Assembly (NCBI GenBank): GCA_001593855.1
Contig: LUCC01000002.1
Coordinates: forward strand, 1-33,854
Length of the DNA stretch: 33,854 nucleotides
Reading direction: 5' to 3'
From: Candidatus Hecatellales archaeon B24
GTDB taxonomy: Archaea > Thermoproteota > Bathyarchaeia > Hecatellales > Hecatellaceae
Part shown: positions 9,375-17,553 of the stretch, piece after piece
How positions within the stretch are numbered: position 1 is the stretch's first letter
Layout of the letters: each line of letters opens with the position of its first letter
Program-made: the position numbers and the translations under genes
Notes under the pieces: generated by a model
What the model saw: only the letters and a program-made list of their open reading frames with translations
Told to the model about the DNA's origin: nothing
Database searches by the model: none

Positions 9375-10070
9375 TTAAACCCTGTGCCCGTAGGCTCCTC
9401 GGAGGGGGACAAAGGCTACTCCGAGAAGGTCTTCCCAGCTGAGTTTCCCATCCGAATGCTTCCTTGCAACTCTTAGAACCTGGTAGGAGTGGGGGTCTCC
9501 CACCGGGATTACGATTATCCCACCGGGATTAAGCTGCTGGGCTAAAGGCGGAGGAATTCCGGGTGACGCTGCTGTCACGAAGATTCTGTCGTAGGGTGCA
9601 TGCTCTGGAAGCCCCAGTGAGCCGTCCCCATGGATAACTGTGACCCTGCCTGTGTAGGACGCTGCTTCAAGGTTTCTCCTTGCCAGGTCAGCTAGCTCCT
9701 TGACTATTTCAATCGTGTAGACATGCCCCGGGTTTTCCGCTTCCTTTGGCGCAACTATTTCGGCTACGACGGCTGCATGGTAGCCGCAGCCTGCCCCAAC
9801 CTCGAAAACCTTGTGTCCGACCTCCAATTCTAGGAACTCGCACATGAGGGCTACCATGTGGAGGGCTGAAACCGTTTGACCCCACCCTATGGGCAGAGGC
9901 GTGTCAAGATATGCTTGTCCTCTAAACTTTTCCGGGACAAATTTTTCCCTTGGAACCTTGAGCATAGCCTCTTCAACCTTCCTGCTCTTGATAACCCCCT
10001 GGGCTTTAAGGCCTTCCACAGCCTTCCTCCTCTGCTCTTCGAAGCTTTCCCTCATGGAGGCGGACACCAT
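9375..10070 (-). CDS. pcm: Protein-L-isoaspartate O-methyltransferase
   Basis: VPREKFVP, AY.DTPLPIG.GQTVSA.HM, EVGAGCGYHAA, GDGSLG.PEHAPYDRI.VTAA, VAFVPL.G. Confidence 0.96.
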   Translation of the reverse strand: MVSASMRESFEEQRRKAVEGLKAQGVIKSRKVEEAMLKVPREKFVPEKFRGQAYLDTPLPIGWGQTVSALHMVALMCEFLELEVGHKVFEVGAGCGYHAAVVAEIVAPKEAENPGHVYTIEIVKELADLARRNLEAASYTGRVTVIHGDGSLGLPEHAPYDRIFVTAASPGIPPPLAQQLNPGGIIVIPVGDPHSYQVLRVARKHSDGKLSWEDLLGVAFVPLRGAYGHRV

Positions 10071-10110
10071 TTAGAAGGATAGGCTTCAAACGGCTTAAAC
10101 TTAAAGAAGC

Positions 10111-11469
10111 TCAGCTTCCGATAACCCTGACCTCCTCCACTCTAACCCAGGGTGCAACCAGCGAGCCGAAAAACCTGACGTTGGAAGCTAAACCTGAAAG
10201 GTTTTCCAGCATCCCGTACACGGTTCCGGCCAGCATTATGCTTCTAACAGGCCTAGACAGGCTTCCATCCTCTACCAGCCACACGGGAGCTGCTACCACG
10301 GAGAACTCTCCGCTTTCAGGATTACTGCTGTGGGCGCCCTGAACATAGGGAACATAGAATCCGCGGCCTGTTTCAGCTAGGAGGTCTTCAGGCCTTAAGC
10401 CTGAAGGCTTCACCACCAGGTTTGAAGGCTCTATTATGGGGGTTGACGCGTAGGAGGCAGGCCTCACAGCGTTCCCGGTGCTTTCAACCCCCTCCTTTGA
10501 AGCCCTGTAATGGTCGTAGAGAAACCCTTTCAAGACTCCACGCTCGATAAGCGGCGTACGCTGGCTTGGCACCCCCTCATCGTCGAAGCTTGAAGTGTTA
10601 AGTCCTCCTTCCAGCAGTCCATCGTCCACCAAGGTTAAAAGGGGTGAGAAAACCTTTTCACCTATCCTGCCTTTAAGCGGAGACCTTCCACGCTGAACGT
10701 TATCCGCCTTCAAGGCTGGAACCAGCGTATAGGACAGGATGGAGAGCAGTGCAGGCTGGCCTAGGATAATGGTAGCTCTGCCGCTTTCAGCTTTCTCTGC
10801 TCCAAGCGCTGAGAGAGCAAGCTCTGCAGCCTTCCTTCCAACTTCAGCCACGTTAAGCCTAAGCATCCTAGAAAAATCGAACTCGAAGCAGGCTGGAGTC
10901 GTATCCAGGCCTTCCTTGGCTAGGGCTTCAAGGTAGCATCCAGCCCAGGTTCCCTCATCTTCCACCTCAACGCCTAAGCTGTTGGCTAAAACCCTCTTGG
11001 TATAGGTCAGGTTTACAGCTCCCTCTGAGGCTTTAACCCTCCCGTCCAAGCTTAAAGACGCCTCCAGCATTTCCGATGCTAAATCTACGGCCGCTTCAAC
11101 CTCGGCTTCAGCTACCCTGCCATCACAGGTTTTCAGGGTTTTCCTGCAGGCTTTAGAGGGTGGGAAGCCTTTCCACTGCTTGTCAGGCTGCGAAGCCCCT
11201 GCCAGCTTCAAGGCTTTCCTAACGGTTTCCCTCAGGCTTTCCATGTTAAGCCTGTTAGTGTAGGAAAAACCTATTCGCCCTTGAAGCGAAACCCTCAGAC
11301 CTAAACCTTCCTCCCAGACGGTTTTAGCCTTGACAATCTGGTCGTTTTCTATGGCTGCTGAAACCGTTCTAGTTCTGCTTAGGTAGGCTTCGCCTTCAGC
11401 TCCCCCTGCTTCACAGAGTTTAACAGCCTTTAAGGCTGCGTCTAGGAGGCTTAGACTGCTGTCAGCCAT
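10111..11469 (-). CDS. tldE: PmbA/TldE family protein
   Basis: GLGLRV...GRIGFSYT, FDDEGVP, LIERGVLKGFL.D, STGNA, NPESGEFS; lacks HExxxH; follows tldD. Confidence 0.92.
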   Translation of the reverse strand: MADSSLSLLDAALKAVKLCEAGGAEGEAYLSRTRTVSAAIENDQIVKAKTVWEEGLGLRVSLQGRIGFSYTNRLNMESLRETVRKALKLAGASQPDKQWKGFPPSKACRKTLKTCDGRVAEAEVEAAVDLASEMLEASLSLDGRVKASEGAVNLTYTKRVLANSLGVEVEDEGTWAGCYLEALAKEGLDTTPACFEFDFSRMLRLNVAEVGRKAAELALSALGAEKAESGRATIILGQPALLSILSYTLVPALKADNVQRGRSPLKGRIGEKVFSPLLTLVDDGLLEGGLNTSSFDDEGVPSQRTPLIERGVLKGFLYDHYRASKEGVESTGNAVRPASYASTPIIEPSNLVVKPSGLRPEDLLAETGRGFYVPYVQGAHSSNPESGEFSVVAAPVWLVEDGSLSRPVRSIMLAGTVYGMLENLSGLASNVRFFGSLVAPWVRVEEVRVIGS

Positions 11470-11472
11470 GCT

Positions 11473-12855
11473 TCATCCTCTCCCTCCTATTCTAACAGAT
11501 TTAACCCTCATGGTAGGTCCTCCATCGCATATGAAGGCTGTCTGACCTTTCCCGCAGCGTCCAGGCCAGAGTTCAAAGTCTTTCCCCACGGCTTCAACCC
11601 CCGTCAGGGTTTCAAGAGTGTTTCCTCCTATGGAGAGGTTTCTCACAGGCCTCCCAATTTCCCCTTTAACTATTTCGTAGGCTTCCTGAACGCCAACCTG
11701 GAAGGTTCCGTCCATGTTAACCTGGCCTCCCCTCAGAGACTTCAAGTAGTATCCGAACTTCACCGGCTCCAACAGCTCTTCGAGGCTCTGGTCTCCCGGA
11801 GCCATGAAGGTGTTCCTCATCCTCACCAGAGGTGCATGTCTGAAGCTTTCAGCCCTAGCGTTTCCTGTAGGCTGGGCTTCAAGTCTTCCAGCGGTTTCAC
11901 GGCTGTGAAGTAAACCTTTAACAACGCCTTTCTCTAAGATTACGGTTCTGCCAGCCTTAACTCCCTCATCATCGTAGGCGAGAAAGCCGAAGGAGCCTTC
12001 CAGCCCTCCATCATCGAAGATGGTTACATGCTCGGATGCAACCTGCAAGCCCATACGCTCCAAGAGAATGGAGCCGGAGAGGGCTAGGTCAGCCTCAGCC
12101 ATGTGGCCCAGCGACTCATGGGCGAAAACCCCTACGACGCTGGGGCCTAGAACAGCCCGGTAAACGCCGCCCTTAGGCAGCACAGCTTCCAGCTGGCTTT
12201 TAACCCTCCCCGCAAGCCTGTCCTTCAAGGCTTCAAGTCTTTCATCGTTCAAATATTCGAAGCCCTGGCTTGCCCCTGCCTCTTCACCGGCTGAAGCGTA
12301 AACTCCAGCTTCAAAGGCTGAAAGGTTAGCCCTAAGCCAGACGTAAACCTTCTCCTGGAAGACTCTTGCCCCCTCACTCGTGTAGATGTGCTGGCGTATG
12401 GAGAGGTCCATATACTCCACGGTGCAGCTTCTAACCCTCTTATCGGCCTCTAGAAGGCTTCGGCTGAGGTTTAGGGCGAGTGAAACCTTCTCTTCCACGG
12501 GAACCTTTGAAGGGTGAACCTTAAACTTCCATCGGACCTTAACCCTTTCAGGCTTAGCCTCCGCCAGCTTTACAGGCTTCTTAATTTTTCTGCCCGCAGC
12601 CTTGGCAAGCTTGAAGGCTTCCTCGGCAGCCTCCTCAAGGGAGGCGGAGTCGGTCTTCGAGGTGGAAGCATAACCCCAAGCTCCTCCGGCTAGAATGCGG
12701 ATTCCAACTCCGCTGTCAAAGCCTTCCCTGGCAACTTCAACCCTCCCGTCTTTAACGGTTATCAGGGTTTTCACGGCTTCTTCTCCTCTAGCCTCTACCA
12801 GAGAAGCTTTCAGCCTTCCCCCTCGGTCTAAAGCCTTCAGCAGAGCGTCCTCCAA
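11473..12855 (-). CDS. tldD: TldD family metalloprotease
   Basis: GVGIRIL..GAWGYA, HESLGH metal motif, YDDEGV, TGNARAE, VRMRNT, C-terminal GRCGKGQ. Confidence 0.94.
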   Translation of the reverse strand: MEDALLKALDRGGRLKASLVEARGEEAVKTLITVKDGRVEVAREGFDSGVGIRILAGGAWGYASTSKTDSASLEEAAEEAFKLAKAAGRKIKKPVKLAEAKPERVKVRWKFKVHPSKVPVEEKVSLALNLSRSLLEADKRVRSCTVEYMDLSIRQHIYTSEGARVFQEKVYVWLRANLSAFEAGVYASAGEEAGASQGFEYLNDERLEALKDRLAGRVKSQLEAVLPKGGVYRAVLGPSVVGVFAHESLGHMAEADLALSGSILLERMGLQVASEHVTIFDDGGLEGSFGFLAYDDEGVKAGRTVILEKGVVKGLLHSRETAGRLEAQPTGNARAESFRHAPLVRMRNTFMAPGDQSLEELLEPVKFGYYLKSLRGGQVNMDGTFQVGVQEAYEIVKGEIGRPVRNLSIGGNTLETLTGVEAVGKDFELWPGRCGKGQTAFICDGGPTMRVKSVRIGGRG

Positions 12856-12948
12856 GCCTTAAGCCTCCGGGCTTAACCTCAGTTTAAAGTTGGAGGGGGA
12901 AGGGAAAAGTTTTTGGGCTTAGCCTGGTGGAGGGTTTAACCGGAAGCC

Positions 12949-13830
12949 TTGAAGGGTTGGGTAAGGCTTAACCATCCGCTCGTGGAGAGGCTGTGCAGGG
13001 TTAGGACAGGCTACTGGCTTCCAGGCACAGACTACGCTTCAAGGGTGGCTGAGGCTGTTGAAGGGAAAGCCTCCAGCGGCGATGTGATAGCCGTATCTGA
13101 GAAGGCTGTTTCAACCGCCATGAATCTAACCGTGGATGAAGCGGAAATCAAGCCTGGCGTGTCAGCGAGGATGCTGGCATCCCTCTGGATGAGGCTCGGC
13201 TGGGGATACCTACTCGGCCCCATCTGCAGGCTTAAACCTCAAACCTTCAGAAGGCTTAGAGGATACCCGAAGGAGGAAGGAGCCCGCCACAAGCAGCTCG
13301 CCTTGGAGAGAGCCGGAATCCTTCAAGCATTAAAGTTCGGCTCCGAAGGCGGAATAGACGCTTCAAACCTTCCAGCCTCCCATGTAAGCCTTCCCCTTCC
13401 AAACCCGGCTCATGCAGCCCGCAGAATCCATGAAGCTGTTAAGAGCAGACTTGGAGTTGAGGCCTACGTGTTAATCGTTGACTCTGACAAGACCTACTCG
13501 CTGGGCTGCCTCCACCTAGCGCCAACCCCCACAAGCCTGAAGGGCTTTAAAACCGGTGGAGGCATATTCTACTATGTTCTGGGGAGACTCTTTAAGCTTA
13601 AGCCTAGGTCCACGCCTAAGGCTTGCTATCCTCCAGGAAGGCTGACCGTGGAGGAGTGCTTAGAGCTGGCTGAGCTGGCTCATCAGGCTATGAGCAGGGG
13701 TAAGCCTAAAAACGTCTGGGAGATGGTTGAAAGCTTCGGGGTGGGGTTAACAGAGGTCACCTGGCTGATGCTCAAAAAAATGGTGCACCATCCGATAGTC
13801 GTTTTAAAGCCTAGAAAGCCGGTTTTTTAA
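12949..13830 (+). CDS. CofE-like (F420:gamma-glutamyl ligase superfamily) protein, substrate unknown
   Basis: GDVIAVSEKAVS, GGIDASNLP...VSLP..NP...A, VLIVDSD, C-terminal HHPIVV. Confidence 0.75.
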   Translation: MKGWVRLNHPLVERLCRVRTGYWLPGTDYASRVAEAVEGKASSGDVIAVSEKAVSTAMNLTVDEAEIKPGVSARMLASLWMRLGWGYLLGPICRLKPQTFRRLRGYPKEEGARHKQLALERAGILQALKFGSEGGIDASNLPASHVSLPLPNPAHAARRIHEAVKSRLGVEAYVLIVDSDKTYSLGCLHLAPTPTSLKGFKTGGGIFYYVLGRLFKLKPRSTPKACYPPGRLTVEECLELAELAHQAMSRGKPKNVWEMVESFGVGLTEVTWLMLKKMVHHPIVVLKPRKPVF

Positions 13831-13891
13831 CGTGGAAACTTTAATATGGAAACTGGGGAGACTATATTTTTAAAGGTGAAAGTGGAGAAGG

Positions 13892-14125
13892 TTGGCTAGG
13901 GCTTTCACGTTGATAACGGTTAAGCCTGGAACGGAAGACAGGGTTGTTGAAGCTATAAAAGGCATTAAAGGGGTTAAACGGGTTTACAGGATATGCGGAC
14001 CCTACGATATTATAGCGGAAATAGAAACCAGCGAGCTGTCAGCCTTAAGAGACATCGTGGAGAAAAGCATCAGGAAGATACCGGAAAACAGGTCTTCCCT
14101 AACTATGATAGTTCTTGAAAGCTGA
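13892..14125 (+). CDS. Stand-alone Lrp/AsnC ligand-binding (RAM) domain protein
   Basis: AFTLITVKPG.E..V...IK.I.GV..VY...GPYDIIAEIE...IRKIP...SSLTMIV; no HTH. Confidence 0.9.
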   Translation: MARAFTLITVKPGTEDRVVEAIKGIKGVKRVYRICGPYDIIAEIETSELSALRDIVEKSIRKIPENRSSLTMIVLES

Positions 14126-14137
14126 CCCTCTAAACGT

Positions 14138-14728
14138 TCAGCCTTCCCGCCCGCCTATTTCTGAAGACTCCTCCGAGATGGTTAACAGGGACTCGGCTAA
14201 GGCTTCCAAGTCAACTTCAGCCCTAGTCCTCCAGCCTACCGTTAAAACCTCGTTTTCATCCTCATGCAGGTATCCAAGCCTAACAAACCTGTCCAGTGCA
14301 ATATTAACTCTCCACGAGGGAAGCTTGGAGGAGAGAAGCCTTTCAACCTCACCCCTCGAAGCCTTACCCTGCCTAGAAGCCAAGTAGGCGAGGGTTGCTG
14401 CTAGGGCTGCAAGGTCGTCTATACGCCATCCTGAAGCCTGTGCGTCGGTGGCTGGGAGGCTGCCCCGCAGGGTTACTAGGAAGCGGGCTCTGTCAAGCTT
14501 TGCCTCTTCGTCTCCGCCAGCCTCCCCCGAAGCCTCCGGAACTATTTTAACTTGAAGCCCAAGCCTTTCAAGCTCGCTGTCCAGCAGCTTAACGATTTTC
14601 ATGTAGTTTTTCCCAAGGCTTTTCCGCAGTTCCCATCCTTTAACTCCAGGAGTTCTGTGCCTTTGGAAGAGGAGAAGCTGAGCAGCTCTTTTCACTCTCC
14701 TAGCGTAGGAAGCTTCTCCACCGCTCAC
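14138..14728 (-). CDS. Putative KITE subunit (tandem winged helix, Nse1/Nse3-MAGE-like) of the second SMC complex
   Basis: Two wH-like halves; C-terminal LDRFVRLGYL...VLTVGWRTRAEVD recalls the Nse1/MAGE L..FV..G(W/Y)L....G.R...E motif; GTGA start/stop overlap with the upstream kleisin-like gene. Confidence 0.65.
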   Translation of the reverse strand: MSGGEASYARRVKRAAQLLLFQRHRTPGVKGWELRKSLGKNYMKIVKLLDSELERLGLQVKIVPEASGEAGGDEEAKLDRARFLVTLRGSLPATDAQASGWRIDDLAALAATLAYLASRQGKASRGEVERLLSSKLPSWRVNIALDRFVRLGYLHEDENEVLTVGWRTRAEVDLEALAESLLTISEESSEIGGREG

Positions 14729-15525
14729 TCTTCCCCACCGCCAACCATGAATTTATCGAGCGGTATGGCTACGGAGTATTCTCCTTTAGGCTTTCCAGCG
14801 GTTTCAGGCGTCGGCTTAAGTTTAAGCTCGCCTTTAAGCCTGTCCAAGGTTAGCTGAACATAGCCGTAGGTTGCAAGAAAGCTTACCATGTAGGCTTTAA
14901 GCACGGTTTCCCTGAAGGTTTCAGCCCTGACAAAGTCCCAGTAGGATATTTCCCCTCCAGCCTTTTCGGCTTCGGCTGAAAGCTTCTGGAAGGTTTCCTC
15001 CAGCAATCTTCTGAAGTCCCCGCTGAGGGTTAAACCTAAAGCCTTAACGGTTTCAGGTGAAACCTCGGCTTCAACCATTCTGGGGGCTTCTAAGGCTTCC
15101 GGAGGGAGGCTTCTCGGTTTAAGCCTTACCCAGTAGGAGGCAGCCTCCTTAAGCCTTTCAAGAGTTAAAACCTCGATTTTAACGGTGGGCTTCCAAGCTT
15201 TGAGGAATACTTCGGCGAGCTGTGGAATGGTCAGCTCAGCAATCCTCGTCTTAACGGTTTCAGGATCTAAAATTCTAAGCTTACTCCTAACCCTAACCCA
15301 TTCGTCTTGAAGTTCCACGACCTTTGAAAGACTGCGTAAAGCTTCCCCGTCGAGGGTTAGGTCTGAAGGTTTCACCCAGGCGGGGAGGAGACTGCGTAAA
15401 GCTTCAAGCTCCTCTTTAACGTCAACTTCAAAGGGGTTGAAACCTTTAGCTTCAACCTCCCTGCACAGGTGCACTATTCTCAGAGCCCTGTCTCTGGCTT
15501 CGCTAAGGCTTGGCTTCTCCTTCAA
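14725..15525 (-). CDS. Putative divergent kleisin (ScpA/Nse4-like) of the second SMC complex
   Basis: N-terminal GFNPFEVDV...DGEALRSLSKVVELQ parallels ScpA RPWDLNI...SGTALLSSSIVLRLQ in this window. C-terminal wH EISYWDFV...TVLKAYMVSFLATYGYVQL parallels ScpA EVLFSKL...IVKIFLMLIFMASKGLVEL. Confidence 0.72.
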   Translation of the reverse strand: MKEKPSLSEARDRALRIVHLCREVEAKGFNPFEVDVKEELEALRSLLPAWVKPSDLTLDGEALRSLSKVVELQDEWVRVRSKLRILDPETVKTRIAELTIPQLAEVFLKAWKPTVKIEVLTLERLKEAASYWVRLKPRSLPPEALEAPRMVEAEVSPETVKALGLTLSGDFRRLLEETFQKLSAEAEKAGGEISYWDFVRAETFRETVLKAYMVSFLATYGYVQLTLDRLKGELKLKPTPETAGKPKGEYSVAIPLDKFMVGGGEE

Positions 15526-17440
15526 CCAGGGCTACCTCCGATTTTCCTCCAACCTTCTGGACGACTATGATTCTTGCCTCTTCGTCGAAGACTGGGTGAT
15601 GCCAGGGTGTAATCACTATATACTGGGTTTCAGGGTTGTCTCTAACGGTTTCAACTATAAGCCGTGCCACAGCCTCCCTGTTCTTAGGGTCCATGTGTAC
15701 GTCAAACTCGTCCACAGCCCTAATAGGGGAGGCAACATGCTCCTGGAGGGCTAGGAGGAAAGCCATAATGGTGGTAGACCTTTCCCCTCCACTCTGCGTG
15801 TAAGCGTCAAGCCTTACAGGAGGAACCCCATGGAAGCCCACCGTCAACTCTAAGCCAGCCTTCTCGAAGCTTTGAGAATTAACTATTCGAACCTCTCCCG
15901 TGGCTCCTATGGTTGAGAGAAGCCGCTGGTAGCCCTGGTTAATCTTGGAAACAACCTTCTCAAGCTTTCCAATCCAAACCTCTCTTCTCGCATCTATTTC
16001 CTCCAGGAGCTTCCGCTTGTTTTCTTCAAGGGCTTCTATTTTCTCCTTAAGCTCCTCGTATAGCCTTCTAAACTTCTCGTATACCTTCTCAACCCTTCTG
16101 GAGATGTCGGAGAGGGTGGAAAGGTGGATGTTCACTGTTTTAAGCTCTTCAGCTACCTCCGGCGGGCTTCTGCCAGTGTAGATTCTCGGGCCTACCTTTG
16201 CAGCTTCAGCCTTACCGATTTCAAGGTCTTCCCTAACCTTCTCCATTTCACGGTAGAGCCTTTTAAGCTGGGAATCCAGCTCTTTAAACTGGTATTCTAG
16301 GAGGGCTTCGGAAATCCCTGCCTCGACGAGTTTATCCCTAGCCCTGTCAAGCCTGTCTTCAAGGCTTGAAAGCTGCTCCTTAAGCTTCAGGGCTTCTGAA
16401 GCTAAAGCTTTAACCTCATCCTTCAAGGCTTCAGCTTTGCCCTTAAGGTTTTCAGCCGGCTGGAGCTTTGAAAGCTCTTCCGCCAGCCTTATCCAGCCTT
16501 CCCTTTCAGCCTTCTCCACTTCAACCTTTAAGAGGTTGTGATACCTGTTTTTGAGGTCAGCCTTGACCTTTTCAAATCCTTCCAACGCTTTTTTCCTAGA
16601 GGACTTAGCTTCCTCAAGCCTTGAGAAGGTTCTGTCTATCCGCTTTTTCAGTTTTTCAGCGTCTTCAACCATTCCTTCAAGCTGAGATTCAAGCTTTGAA
16701 ACGTGTGACCATGCTAGTTCGACTTCAAGGTTTTTCCGCTGCTCCATGAGCCTGAGCTTTTTAAGGTAGCGTTCATGCTGGCTTCTCCAGTAGGAAAGGT
16801 TTTCTTCAGCCTCCTTAAGCAGCTTCCCAACGGATTTCTCCTCGGAAAGGAGGGCTTCAAGCCTTGTTTGAGCTTCAAGAACCCTTTGCCTGTAGGGATG
16901 AAGCCCTATGGCTTCCTCCACCAGCTGAAGCCTCTGCTCAGGAGAAATTAAGGCGAACTCTTCAACCATGCCCTGATGCATGATTATAAGCATGTTGTCA
17001 GGGTTTATGCCGAAGCTTGAAAGCACACGCACCAGGTCGCCTTTAGCCACATGCTTATAGTCAGCTTCAAACCAGTAGGTTCCATCCTTTCTAAGGTAGC
17101 GGGTAAGCCTGAAAGTGTCGGCGGTGGAGGTTGGAACGGGACGTCTGCCCTTAACAGGCTTGTTGCTGAAGAGCAGGGTTATCCTGGCGAGGTCGGCCCC
17201 CCGCCTGATAAGGCCGCTAAGCCTCCTAGAACGTTCTGTGTGAGCCTGACCTAAAGCCACAGATAGGGCGAGGAGAATTGAGGATTTACCAGCACCGTTA
17301 GGCCCGCATACCAGATTTAACCCGGCTTTAAGGGGAATCCTCGCATACTCGTAGGACATGAAGTTCTCTAGGATAATCTCTTCTATAATGGTTTTAGGAG
17401 CCTCCACGGCTTCAACTTTTCTTAGAGCCTCTCCACTCAA
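15503..17440 (-). CDS. Short hinge-less SMC-family ATPase with Smc5/6-like motifs
   Basis: LENFMSY, Walker A GPNGAGKS, Q-loop FGINPDN..IMHQG.VEEFA.ISP, about 300 aa coiled coil, signature QSGGERS, Walker B/D-loop SPIRAVDEFDVHMDP.NR, QYIVITP; 645 aa; single Cys, so no zinc hook. Confidence 0.9.
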   Translation of the reverse strand: MSGEALRKVEAVEAPKTIIEEIILENFMSYEYARIPLKAGLNLVCGPNGAGKSSILLALSVALGQAHTERSRRLSGLIRRGADLARITLLFSNKPVKGRRPVPTSTADTFRLTRYLRKDGTYWFEADYKHVAKGDLVRVLSSFGINPDNMLIIMHQGMVEEFALISPEQRLQLVEEAIGLHPYRQRVLEAQTRLEALLSEEKSVGKLLKEAEENLSYWRSQHERYLKKLRLMEQRKNLEVELAWSHVSKLESQLEGMVEDAEKLKKRIDRTFSRLEEAKSSRKKALEGFEKVKADLKNRYHNLLKVEVEKAEREGWIRLAEELSKLQPAENLKGKAEALKDEVKALASEALKLKEQLSSLEDRLDRARDKLVEAGISEALLEYQFKELDSQLKRLYREMEKVREDLEIGKAEAAKVGPRIYTGRSPPEVAEELKTVNIHLSTLSDISRRVEKVYEKFRRLYEELKEKIEALEENKRKLLEEIDARREVWIGKLEKVVSKINQGYQRLLSTIGATGEVRIVNSQSFEKAGLELTVGFHGVPPVRLDAYTQSGGERSTTIMAFLLALQEHVASPIRAVDEFDVHMDPKNREAVARLIVETVRDNPETQYIVITPWHHPVFDEEARIIVVQKVGGKSEVALVEGEAKP

Positions 17441-17553
17441 CAGTTTTCTCCTCTACCGGGCGGGGCTGAAGAAAGGCCTCCTAGCCTTAACATGAAAGCT
17501 TAACCGGCTAAGATAAACGTTATTTCATTTTTAGGGTGCTAGCGGACGGAAAA

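Noticed and set aside
9375-13830. RiPP-like cluster (TldD/E + methyltransferase + ligase)
   Set aside because: No precursor peptide, YcaO, or RiPP radical SAM gene. TldD/E and Pcm are widespread housekeeping genes in archaea.
13833-13860. TGGAAACT direct repeat followed by GGGG, resembling an origin recognition box
   Set aside because: Lacks the TCCA half of an ORB, the gap is only about 60 nt, and no orc1/cdc6 is nearby. More likely promoter sequence of the RAM gene.
14138-17440. Wadjet/MksBEFG anti-plasmid system or Rad50-Mre11 locus
   Set aside because: No JetD/Toprim nuclease, Mre11, HerA or NurA is adjacent. Gene order is SMC-kleisin-KITE, not jetA-B-C. There is no CxxC hook, and head motifs are Smc5/6-like rather than MukB- or Rad50-like.
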